64,000 nucleotides of DNA, taken from the NCBI GenBank assembly GCA_044892505.1, contig CM097882.1, forward strand, positions 495,876,001-495,940,000. The letters run 5' to 3'. This document shows positions 1-10,165 of the stretch, piece after piece. Positions within the stretch are counted from its first letter, which is position 1. Every line of letters begins with the position of its first letter. The stretch comes from Schmidtea nova. Its lineage: Eukaryota. The notes under the pieces are model-generated. The model saw only the letters and a program-made list of their open reading frames with translations, was not told the origin of the DNA and did no database searches. Made by a program: the position numbers and the translations under genes.

Positions 1-63
1 GATATGATCTTTTCTGGTTCACTTACCTAAGAGTTTTTTGCATTAGGTAATAGTTTTCCAATT

Positions 64-253
64 TCATTCATTGTATGTCTTTTTAAAGTTGAGAGTTTTT
101 TCTGATCTTTCATGTACATCTTTTGCTGTTTTCATGCCAAAAGAACGAATCATTTTAAATATAGGAAGTACAATTGTTCCAAGCCAACTGGATCCATTAT
201 ATATTTCCAACAAAATATGGTAATTCCCAACCAGTTTGACTACCACTATACAT
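64..253 (-). pseudogene. Small Gly-rich ORF remnant of a Maverick/Polinton structural gene block
   Basis: ATG at 253 reads MYSGSQTGWELPYFVG, then after a frameshift YNGSSWLGTIVLPIFKMIRSFGMKTAKDV. This resembles the short QxGx-ELPYF-G..GSGWL proteins I associate with Polinton capsid gene blocks, and it lies directly downstream of the penton-like remnant on the same strand. Confidence 0.4.
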
Positions 254-261
254 CGAAACAA

Positions 262-595
262 ATTCAGGATTAGACATCCACTTTTATGAAATCTAAAGTC
301 AAATGAGTTTTCGAATCTTTGTGAAAGTTTATTAATTTTCCACAATCATCACGTATTTTAATTTACATATTGTTTATACATGATGTTAAAACAGATAAAT
401 ACATTGGACTTTTAATCTTTATTTGAACCACTAAATCCTGTTCATGTTTTTCAATACATACTGTTTTAAATAGATGAAAGTTTACATCACCAACAATTAT
501 TTATTCAACAATATTACTATATATGAACATTTGTTGATGAAATTTAATTATTTTAGGTTTTGCAGTTTCTGCATTAACTTGACCATTTTGTAAAT
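262..595 (-). pseudogene. Maverick/Polinton minor capsid (penton) gene, C-terminal half
   Basis: Conceptual translation through stops and a frameshift gives MFI(Y)SNIVE*IIVGDVNFHLFKTV...IKSPMYLSVLTSCINNM*IKIRDDCGKLINF...THLTLDF. This matches the Polinton penton pattern YIYSDIVE..IVGD..LL..V...P.Y......I.I.IRDD.G..I.F....LTLHF. Confidence 0.62.
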
Positions 596-600
596 GTTTC

Positions 601-822
601 TGTTATATGTGAATTAATAATATTACAAATTCGTTTAATATTATAATTATTAAAATATTGTTTTAATATTGTGTTGTATAATAGAGATTTTTGAATATTG
701 TAATTTACTGATTTATTATTATTATTATTTCCGAATTGGGTAATTGGCTTATTTAGAATTATTATTTCCGAATTGTGGTAATTTATTTATATAAATTGGT
801 TAATTCATTTAGAGATATAACA
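601..822 (+). repeat. 5' LTR
   Basis: Identical to 5824-6045 except one base (ttgttTtaat vs ttgttTGaat); 8-bp terminal inverted repeat. Confidence 0.97.
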
Positions 823-1813
823 TGGCGTCACGAGCAGTTACGTTTGACAATTCTTTTGTCAAAAATTTATTGGCACAAGAGATAGAGGGATTCCTATATC
901 TATACACAAGGTAGTGTAAAAGGGATGTGAGTACACATCTCAAGAATATAACATCCTTTTTGGCGATGTTTGAGATGGAAGAGGCATACAATGTTAGATT
1001 ATTAAGAAGATATTTTGATCCAGAAATTTTATTCGAGGTGGAATCAAAAAGTACGTATGGAGAAGAAAACAACACAGTAGAGTGGTACACAAAAACATTA
1101 ACAGAAATGTTCCCAATAAAGGAGTCAAGAGCCAAGAAGGTTAAAATTTTCCTATCGACCAAACAGGACGAAGGAGAGACGATAGTAGATTTCAGTAGAC
1201 GGGTAAAAAGAACGACGAAAGACACAAAAAAAGATCGAAACAGAATAGAATTAATGATCTTTAGAGAAGGTTTAAAAAGTGAAATCATGAGAAAGACATT
1301 GAAAATATTGCGGCCCAAAACCATAGAAGAAGCTGTCGAACTAATAAAGGAAAAGATGACCAGAAAGAAATAATTCCAGAATACAGATTATCACAACTAC
1401 GAGAAGAGAGCTATAATGCATTAAGAGACGGGAAAGGAATTAATCAAGCTTAAGGAAACAACAATGCTAGGCAAATGCGGGTAGATAAAAATGCCACATT
1501 GGAGTTACAAGAATTAAGAGAAGAGATTAAGAGACTTCGGAAAATTATAAAAAGTTTAAAAGAACCGAATAACCAAGATAGAAGTAGAAAAGAATTCCAC
1601 AATGGACAACAAGTGGAATGTTACAATTGCGGCAAAACCGGTCATATTGCACGTTTCTGCGAAGAAAAGAAGAACGAAAGATGCTTCAGATGCAAGAAAA
1701 CAGGACATATATCGAGTAATTGCCGAGAGTATCGAGAAAAGGTAACATGTTTTAATTGTAATAGAAAGGGTCATATAAGTAGAGAATGCCCAAAACAAGA
1801 GGGACGATTATAG
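822..1813 (+). pseudogene. gag: gag with three CCHC zinc knuckles, disrupted
   Basis: ATG at 822 is in frame with ORF 927-1373 but has TAG at 912-914; frameshift near 1350-1370; TAA at 1451-1453. Knuckles: CYNCGKTGHIARFC, CFRCKKTGHISSNC, CFNCNRKGHISREC. Confidence 0.88.
823..837 (+). promoter_or_regulatory. Primer-binding site, tRNA-Ser-like
   Basis: TGGCGTCACGAGCAG immediately follows the LTR. It is complementary to a tRNA 3' end ...CTGCTCGTGACG-CCA of the type seen in animal tRNA-Ser(CGA). Confidence 0.8.
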
Positions 1814-1983
1814 AAGAGTACGACAATTAGAAGAAGTATCCGTACAAGGGACAAGTTCAGATAGCGAATACGAAGAAGACGACCAATCAGAATGAATTAT
1901 GAAAGCGATTACACAAAAAGAAAAAAAGACAAAGAAAAGTAAGCTAACAATGGAAGAGAAGTGGGCACAGTTTATCGGAGGTA

Positions 1984-2460
1984 ATGGCGACAAACCAAAG
2001 GAAAAAATATAAAAAAGCCACAACAGTAATATCGCAAAGACGATCGGAAAGGGCAACCAACAAGCCAATCATTTGTTGCAAAATCCAAGGAGAAGAAGTT
2101 AAAGCACTATTCGATACGGGAGCAGATCTGAATGTCATTAGCGAGGAACTGGCAGAGAAAATAATACAATGAGATTCGACAATAGAAGTCAGGGATTTAA
2201 ACGTTAGAGTAGTTTACGCAGATGGAAGTAAAGGAAAAAGCCGAGGACATTTAGTATTATCACTGAGTTTCGGTCCAAGGACTACCAAACACAAATTCGA
2301 AATAATGAACGGGGTATTCCCACATGAGTATATCGGACTCAGATGCAAGAAAGAACTGGGAGTAATAATGAAACCGGCAGAAGACTGTATCGAGGTAAAG
2401 GGTATTCAAATTCCATTTCTATCCAAGACATCGATACCATCGTCTTTAAACTGTTAAAGA
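1984..2460 (+). pseudogene. Retropepsin aspartic protease, disrupted
   Basis: ALFDTGADLNVIS (DTG at 2113-2121). In-frame TGA at 2170-2172, after which the frame continues DSTIEVRDLNVRVVYADGS...HEYIGL. Confidence 0.85.
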
Positions 2461-5400
2461 CCACTCCCAGGCGTCCAGGAGTGGGAAGACTAGCTAAAGG
2501 GACGGAAGAAGAAACGAGAAAAGTAGTGGTAGCAGAAAATGTGACATTGAAAGGAGAGGGAGAGTATTGGATCAAAGGGATGATAGTAGATAAGGAGAAC
2601 GAGAAGATAAAGGAAGACGTAGCTAATTGTTTATTTACAGGAAACAAGGACAAGATGGAGGAAAGAGGTATACTGGTAGCAGACGGACTAGCAACATGTT
2701 CCGAGGGATTGATTTGGGTCCGAATTAATATGCAGGAAGGAGGAGTGAAAAGTCTATATACAGGAACAACACTGGGAGAAGCGGAAGAATGGATGGACAA
2801 GGAGGGAAAAAATAACACATTGATGAAATTGTCAACAATCGACCAAAACAAAGAAAAGAGAAGTATAGACAAAATTGTGAAAGGGTTGATAAACAAACTA
2901 GACGATAGATTAACAATAACAGAAAAACAGAAGATTTCACAAATTTTATGGCGGAACAAAGATGTATTCAGTAGTTACAAAATGGATATTGGGAAGACAA
3001 ATGTGTGACAACACACTATAGAAACGGGGAAAACAACACCGATAGCATTCAAACATAAAAGGATACCAAGGGGATTGGAGGAAGATGTGAGAAGATACAT
3101 TACAGAATTGGAAGAAGCGGGAATTATTAGAGAAAGCAATTCACCATGGAACTTTCCCATAGTGGTAACAAAAAAAAAGAATGGGGACATGAGAATGTGC
3201 ATCGACTACAGAGCTTTAAATGCAAAAACAGAAAGAGCTATATTTCAAATACCATCAGCAAACGAAGTCTTTGATACGATCGGAAACGCGAAATTCTTTT
3301 CCACATTAGATATGTCCAGTGGATACTATCAAATTCCAATCGCAGAAGAGGATATAAGGAAAACAGCATTCAGCACGAGATTTGGCCAATACGAGTTCAC
3401 AAGAATGCCATTTATATTGTGTGCCGCACCAGCAACATTTCAAAGAATAATGAACGTAGTCTTAAGAGGAGAGAACTGGACTAACTGTGTGATATATTTG
3501 GACGATATTCTTGTATTCGGGAAAACAATTGAAGAGCACAACGAAAGATTAGATAGAGTACTACAGAAGATGAGAGAAGCGGGACTAAAATTATCACCGG
3601 AGAAATGCCACTTGCTAAAAAACGAGGTAAGATATTTGGGACACATTATAAACGAAGAAGGAGTACAGACGGACCCAGACAAAACCAAAGCGATTAGAGA
3701 ATATAAGAAGCCAATGTGTCAGAAAGAGCTAAGAACATTTTTAGGGATGACGGGATATTACAGAAACTTTATTAAAGGCTACACTAAGACGACAGAACCT
3801 TTAAACGAAATGCTTCGAACAGAAAACAAATTTGAATGGACGGAGGAAAGACAAGGATCGTTCGAGAGATTAAGACAGGCTTTACTATCACCGCCAATAT
3901 TAGCATTACCAACTAGAGATGGATACTACGTTTTAGACACAGGCGCGTCTAACGATTCAATAGGGGCCGTCCTGTCTCAAATCCAAGATGGGAAGGAGAG
4001 AGTTATTGCGTATGGATCGAAGACTATGACGAAAACGCAGAGGAAATACTGTATCACACGCAAGGAACTTTTGGCAATTTATACATTTGTATTAAAATAC
4101 AAGTATTATTTAGTAGGTAAAAAGTTCACAGTAAGAACAGATCATCAAGCACTTAAATGGTTATTAGATTGGAGTAGCCCAAACACCTCTCAATATTGTG
4201 TATGGAAAGCAGAACTAGAAATATATGACATGAAAGTGGAATTTAGAAAAGGGAAAGACCATTGCAATGCGGATGCATTGTCAAGAATTACACCATGCGA
4301 ACAATGCCGACTGAAACACGCGGACCCAAGAAAGAAACGAAATGTAAAAGTTTACGAGGAAGAAAACAGTTCTACAGAAGAGAACAAGTCAGAAAGAATT
4401 ATATGTCAGATAAATACGAAGACGGATTCAGAAGTTAGGCAAATAATCGATTGGATACAGCAAGGGAGAAAAGAAGAAAACCGGAAAAACTTAGAACTAT
4501 GGAGAAAAGTGGAGCTTATGTATGTCAGCGAAGGAAATCTTATGATTAAGAAAGCAGAAGGACATAGGAAAATACTACCAGAAGAAGAAAGAAATAGATA
4601 TATTGAAGAGTTACATCGGGAATTGGGACATGTTGGCATTGAAAGAACCAAGAGAGCAGCCAAAGAAAGATACTATTGGCCAAATATCAACGAGAACGTT
4701 ATAGATAGAGTAAACCGATGTATAGCCTGTCAACACAACAAGTATATAAACGGAAGAGTTACAGCACCACTACAGAGTTTTATAAGCAGTAGACCTTTAG
4801 ATATTTTGGGAATAGACATTACTGGACCTTTTCAAATGACAAGAAAAGGAAATAGATACATTCTGGGATTAATTGACTACTTCACAAAATATCCATGTCT
4901 AATACCACTCCCAGAAATTACGACAGAAACAGTGGCTAGAGCAATATGGGAAGAATGGATCACAAAATTCGGTATACCAGAAAGGATTCACTCAGATCAG
5001 GGAAAGAATTTTGAGTCAAATATGTTTAAGGGTTTGTGCAGTCTGATAGGAACAAAGAAAACCTGTACATCACCGTACTACTCACAATCTGACGGCTTAA
5101 ACAAAAGAATGTTCCAAACAGCAAAAAGTATGATCTCAGCGACCATGTTCGACAGAAAGACGAAGGAATGGGATTCAACAGTACACACGGTAGAATATGG
5201 AGTAAGGAACACAGTCCATAAAAGTACTGGATATAAACCGATAGAATTAATGTTCGGCAGAACACCAAAAATAAGAGAAGAAACAAGCGACATAATAGGA
5301 CCACAAGACTACGGAGAATTCATGAGAAAACTGAGAACAGAGTTAACGAACATAGAAGAGGAAGTAAAAAAGAGAACTGATAAAGTGAGAGTATATGACG

Positions 5401-5813
5401 AAAAGATTTACAATCGAAATAGATGGAATAAAGACGTCAAAATAGGAGATTCGGCATTAGTAAAAGTAGTTCAGAAACAAGGATTTGGGGAGAAATACTG
5501 CGGCCCATATGAAATACTGGAGAAAGTAAATGATTGGACTTTTAAATTAAGAAGCGAGGCTGATGGGAAGATAATACAGCGTAATTTTAACCAGATTAAG
5601 ATTATCCCAGAAAGATCAGAAATAGCAAAGATAGAGACGGACAGTTGGGGAACAAGTATATGGTCAAGAACAAAGGAATCGGAGAGATTGGAAGAGGTTA
5701 ACGAAGCAACGTCGACGGAAGAGAATAAAGAGACCACAGGAAGATACCCGAAAAGACACAATAGAAATGTGAAGCCGAGATTATACGACGATTTCGAGTT
5801 GAGAGCCGAATAA
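2343..5813 (+). pseudogene. pol: pol (linker, RT, RNase H, integrase); open from 3009 to 5813
   Basis: SPWNFP, MCIDYRALN, LDMSSGYYQI, YLDD, LGHII, YLGMTGYYR-type RT motifs; GAVLSQ, ELLAI, TDHQAL, NADALSR (RNase H); H-x4-H...C-x2-C, GIDITGP, HSDQG, CGPY (integrase). In-frame TGA at 3006-3008. RNase H motif is DTGAS instead of TDAS; the integrase D(35)E position is Lys. Confidence 0.95.
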
Positions 5814-5823
5814 GACGGGGGAA
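5812..5823 (+). promoter_or_regulatory. Polypurine tract
   Basis: AAGACGGGGGAA immediately before the 3' LTR. Confidence 0.85.
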
Positions 5824-6045
5824 TGTTATATGTGAATTAATAATATTACAAATTCGTTTAATATTATAATTATTAAAATATTGTTTGAATATTGTGTTGT
5901 ATAATAGAGATTTTTGAATATTGTAATTTACTGATTTATTATTATTATTATTTCCGAATTGGGTAATTGGCTTATTTAGAATTATTATTTCCGAATTGTG
6001 GTAATTTATTTATATAAATTGGTTAATTCATTTAGAGATATAACA
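5824..6045 (+). repeat. 3' LTR
   Basis: Direct repeat of 601-822, followed by the TSD GTTTC. Confidence 0.97.
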
Positions 6046-6050
6046 GTTTC

Positions 6051-6420
6051 TTTTGATAATCTTAATTTTTTTCCAAATTTGAATAAAATCTAACTTGACT
6101 AATTTTATAATTTAATTGAAATTTAAAAATCTTGTCTTTGTCTAGATCAACTATAGTAAAAATCTTTGCAAAATGTTGTGTTAAATAAACTTGTAATTAA
6201 TCAAGATCTGTAATATATAATTCATCTTGTTCAAATATTTCATTGTACAAGAGTTGGAATTTGAATTCCACTAGTGACTAGTGTATCAGTTTTTGGGAGA
6301 GTATCAAATTCTATTTTCAACGTTTCATCAAACATATTGGTTAAAAATGTAAATCGAAGACGTTTTGCATCGGTTAAAGTTGCAAATATAAGATGAAATG
6401 ATTTCTTCAAAAACCGTAAG
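6051..6420 (-). pseudogene. Maverick/Polinton minor capsid (penton) gene, N-terminal half
   Basis: ...SLVEFKFQLLYNEIFEQDELYI...KISQVRFYSNLEKN*DYQKK. With the Gypsy element and one TSD copy removed, this frame runs directly into HLQNGQVNAETAKPKII at 595 and below. SLVEF resembles the penton N-terminal EV.LVE motif. Confidence 0.5.
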
Positions 6421-6424
6421 TTTA

Positions 6425-7797
6425 CAGTCGCCGCCAATAAATTAGCATCACCTTCAATAAAACCACTATCTTGGGAAATCGACCAAGTAAGAAGAAAAAT
6501 ATGGGTTATTTTTAAATGCAATCCATATGTCTACAAAGATGAATAATGCAACAGAGGCTTACAGTCAATACAGTCAATATTTTGATAGGAAACCGCAATT
6601 TTTCAGGATATCGGCGATTCTTCTTGGCATAGAAGCCGCAAGTTGTGCACAGTACTGTGGTGTAATGTCTGCGCTCCAGACTTGTTTTATTCTCTCTTTG
6701 AGTTCAGCGGTGCTCTTGGGACGATGAACAGCAACTTTTTTCTTAATGACATTCCAACAGTTCTCAATGATGTTGAGATCAGGTGAATCGCCAGGCCATT
6801 TTTCAAGGAGGGGAATATTGTTATCACAAAGCCACTTTTTCACAGATTTCACAGTGTGGCACGGAGCACCATCATGCTGGAAAATTGTGCAACCCAGAGC
6901 CGGCATGTAGACAGGCAATTGTTCCTGGAGAACATTGAGGTAAACATGGCGGTTGATCGTTGTATTCGGTGGCATAAACCACAGGGGACCAGTGTATGCA
7001 GCAGATATGGCACCCCAGACCATTGGAGTGGGTGCGCGCTTGACGACTTGGATGGTAAACCAGCTGTTGTACCGTTGATTGCGAGCACGTCGTACCATAC
7101 GAGTGATGGCATGGAACTGGCTGAAAGTGGACTCGTCAGAAAAGAGAACAGCATTCCATTGCTCTACTGTTAAATTCGCATGCTGCTTACAGAACCGAAT
7201 TCTGTCCAGCAGATTCTTCTTGGACAGCAAGGGCTTCTTGGCTGCTTTATGACATGGCAGCCCATGATTGACTTGGAGCCTCCGTTGAATAGTTCGAATT
7301 GATGGTGCAACAGGAAGCTCGGCGACTTCTTCTTGAATCTGGCTTGCCGAGGCAAATGGATGACGAACAGCCACCTTCCTGATGACTCTGGCTGTTCTGG
7401 CTGTTGTGCATCAAGAACGGCCATTTCCCTCTCTCCTGTGGTGTGATCTTGTTTCAGATTTCAGCTTTAGTACACGGCTAATGCGGTTCTGCGAGAGATG
7501 CATTCTGGCAGCAATCTGGCGTTGAGAGTAACCGTCTTGGTCGAGAATCTCCACTTGGGCGGAGGTTTCTAATGAGCAATCCTTTCTCTTTCCGATAATA
7601 CTGCGACAGAAAAGAAACACGTGCTTCACCAGTGTGACAAAGAAATAATGATAAGTCAATGCCCCAACACTGTCAAGAATGCTGCAACCAATTAAAACAC
7701 TTTTCATTCATGTCTGGACTTCCCAAAGTCTATTTTTAGAACATAATTGCATCTATGCGAAATTAACAGAGCGATGCTAATTTATTGGTGGCGATGG
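6425..7797 (-). mobile_element. Tc1-family DNA transposon
   Basis: TIRs CAGTCGCCGCCAATAAATTAGCATC (6425-) and its imperfect reverse complement ending at 7797 (22/25 identity); TA duplication at 6423-6424 and 7798-7799. Confidence 0.92.
6574..7596 (-). pseudogene. Tc1 DD34E transposase with one nonsense codon and a lost start codon
   Basis: HTH region GYSQRQIAARMHLSQNRISRVL; VLFSDES, MVWGAIS, FQHDGAPCH, WPGDSPDLNIIENCW. ORFs 7411-7707 and 6574-7374 are in one frame, split by TGA at 7411-7413 (likely CGA). ATC at 7596-7594 stands where ATG is expected (341 codons). Confidence 0.92.
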
Positions 7798-7799
7798 TA

Positions 7800-8290
7800 T
7801 CTTTCATTTTGTATTAATCTTTGAAATTTTAAAAGCTTCATGCTCCAATTGCTATCAAAGTTATTAATGAATAGAGAGTACGAATATTTGATATCCTTAC
7901 ATAATTAGAGATTTTAAAATTTGATTTCTTTAATTTTTGGATTTGACGAGATAACAGTTGAAAAAGCAACTGGTCTCAGTCCGTTTAAACCACGATGTGG
8001 TGAATGAATATATGAATAAATAACTTTGCTGTTGTAGAACTGCTTACCCAAATCAGTTTGCAGATTATCAGGATATCCATCAAAAATTAAAGTCTTGACT
8101 GTTTGAGCCATTTTATTAGAAGATTTAGTTTAAACGGGTATAGCTCTCGCAAATCGACTAAATACGTTATTACATGTCAAAATTTACTTGTAGCTTTTGT
8201 TGATACTCGAACACGGAATCATTTCCATCAAACCCCATTACCATAAATCGTCAATGCCAAATGTTTTATAGACTCTTGTCTAAAATCTTT
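7800..8290 (-). pseudogene. Maverick/Polinton c-integrase remnant
   Basis: RVYKTFGIDDLW*WGLMEMIPCSSINKSYK*ILTCNNVFSRFARAIPV*TKSS...PDNLQTDLGKQFYNSKV, and further on KFKISNYVRIS...NWSMKL. These are typical Polinton integrase motifs (GIDDLWQADL, DVFSKFAWA.P, LQTD.G.EFYN, KFK.GD.VRIS, NWS.E.F). Confidence 0.85.
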
Positions 8291-8650
8291 TTTAACATTG
8301 GTTTGTTCAGACTCTAGGAAGATTTGTAGAGACCTTTGAAATTAACAAAAATTATACAATAGGGTCAAATAGATATAGAGAATCAAGCCAATCCAACATA
8401 TTTTTATTAACAATCTATGATGATGCTAATCACGATGATAATTTATTTTGATTTCGAGATAATTTATTTAACAATTTATTTGACTAAGATGGCAATTTTG
8501 ATTTTAATTTGAATTATTTGATTAGAATGACAATTGTGTTACTTAAAATTTACATCAATAAAAACTTTTATAACCTAAAACATTTTTTTATAAAAACAAT
8601 AAATTTTATTGTAAAATTTCTATCAACATTTAATTAACTCAACACGATGA

Positions 8651-9600
8651 TGTATGAGAAGATAGGAACATATATTAAATAAGTATTATAATAGACGAAG
8701 AATACTATTAAGAACAATTATATGTCGGGCTGGTAGAATCGAAAATAAACTTTGTTTAAATGCATCAAAAAATAAATACACATAAAAACAGGAGAATAAT
8801 ACATGAACGCATTAAGCACAAAAAAAGGCATCCAAACATATAGAATACTAAAGCGCAAATATAATTCTTACGAACCGCATTTCGTAAATCGGTCAAGATA
8901 GTAACGAAACTATAGAAAAGATGCACCTCAGAAGAGATCACACTAACTGAGTGCAGGTCAGATTTGCATACGGAGGACCACGCGAGAATTGAATAAAGAA
9001 GATTGTTGCTTGTATATTGAATACGAAAAGCATGATCAAAGAATAAAATCAGTATCAAAATAAAGAGAACAATTGATTAAAAATTGTCGAGGAAATCCCC
9101 ATTGAAATATCGTAAAAATAACAGAGATAGGAATAGAATTAAAAATTAAATTTGATTGTTTTAATAAATCTATTAACACCCGCAAAAAATGGATACAATA
9201 CATTTGCTGGTGTGTTGGTTAGATTTTCAACTGAGATCCTATTCGATTTTATACGTTAGGGTGATCTCGCCAACATAAAAACATCTCCCCGCTGACACCC
9301 ATGATGTATCCCTAACTACTCATAATGTTGGTACTGTGTCAACGTTGTGAAATGACAAGGCAGGTGAGCAACCTTGCGGCCACTATTCCCTTGGTTATTC
9401 ACGAATCCACCACTACCGTTAGAAGGTTTATGTGGTTTTATTTCGGTCCCTTCTTACTCGTTCTTTTTATCTCAGCTAGGGTAAGTTCGATTTCGGTATG
9501 TCCTGTAGCACAAAATGAATCCACTTCACTTAATCAGCTTTGGATTAGATTTCACATACGTACCTCAAACATTCAAGTCAAGCCATTTAACTAGTATACA
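8651..9600 (-). repeat. LTR-like repeat (~950 bp) directly downstream of orphan ORF
   Basis: The minus strand begins TGTATACT at 9600 and ends CTCATACA at 8651 (TGTAT...ATACA). It starts 7 nt after the stop of ORF 9608-10165, contains the conserved module at 9361-9452, and has a TATA-like/TCAGTT pair near 8970-8945. No matching partner LTR in the window. Confidence 0.55.
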
Positions 9601-9607
9601 TTTATTT

Positions 9608-10165
9608 TTAATTCCATAACACTGATGGATTTATTACAGCGATCAATTGTTTCTCAGTAAGACCACTTAGAAGGTCTACCTCAATTCCGACTCTCTCGGC
9701 ATATTCTCTTCGCTCTCGTCTTCGTTTCGCTCCTAACCGATTCCGACGCTTCGTTCGTTTGGAGCCCTCAGGTTGCGACATGTTCGTTGGAGTATTCGTC
9801 ATAGAGTTCGAATCCATATCGGTTTGTATACCCGTAGATACATTGGTAGTCTCTATCCAGCGATTGAAAGTGCTGGCTCGGATGAGGGGTCGCAACTGCT
9901 GCGTTATGAATTCTCTGGTGGATGCCCTCATGTAGTTGTTTAATTCCAGCTTTACGGCGGCAGTTTCTCGAGTTTGTTCTTCAGCTATTCGTTCGGCTGT
10001 ATGCTTGGCTTGCTGAATAAGCTTTACACGCTGCGGATGAAACCACGTGGTTTTCAACAGTTGATGTTCCTCCCCCAACTGTTGTAGCCTACTCTCGAGA
10101 ACTCTAATTCGTAACTTGTACTCCCTGGCTTCCTTCTTATAGTCACGAGCTTTATTCACATTCAT
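9608..10165 (-). CDS. Orphan 185-aa coiled-coil protein with Arg-rich C-terminal tail (LTR-element accessory ORF candidate)
   Basis: Uninterrupted ORF with protein-like composition, more GC-rich than its flanks. ATG is directly preceded by TTTCCTTCTTTTTAG (splice acceptor); tail KRTKRRNRLGAKRRRERREYAER. Confidence 0.65.
   Translation of the reverse strand: MNVNKARDYKKEAREYKLRIRVLESRLQQLGEEHQLLKTTWFHPQRVKLIQQAKHTAERIAEEQTRETAAVKLELNNYMRASTREFITQQLRPLIRASTFNRWIETTNVSTGIQTDMDSNSMTNTPTNMSQPEGSKRTKRRNRLGAKRRRERREYAERVGIEVDLLSGLTEKQLIAVINPSVLWN

Larger units (their letters stand above)
601..6045 (+). mobile_element. Full-length Ty3/Gypsy LTR retrotransposon (coding region disabled)
   Basis: Two 222-bp LTRs with TGTTATAT...ATATAACA termini; 5-bp TSD GTTTC at 596-600 and 6046-6050; PBS; PPT; domain order gag-PR-RT-RNaseH-IN. 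Confidence 0.97.

Noticed and set aside
912-3008. Idea that in-frame TGA/TAG/TAA codons reflect a non-standard genetic code
   Set aside because: All three stop types plus frameshifts occur, the 912-codon pol and other ORFs contain none, and ordinary stops end the intact ORFs; simple decay explains it.
809-5761. Minus-strand ORFs inside the Gypsy element (809-1324, 1556-1798, 2339-2959, 3440-3688, 4406-4663, 5026-5304, 5471-5761 etc.)
   Set aside because: Phe/Leu/Ser-rich antisense shadows of a purine-rich coding strand; no motifs.
6240-6521. 93-aa ORF read as an independent gene
   Set aside because: It straddles the Tc1 left TIR at 6425, so it is a chance fusion of Tc1 3' sequence and off-frame Polinton sequence.
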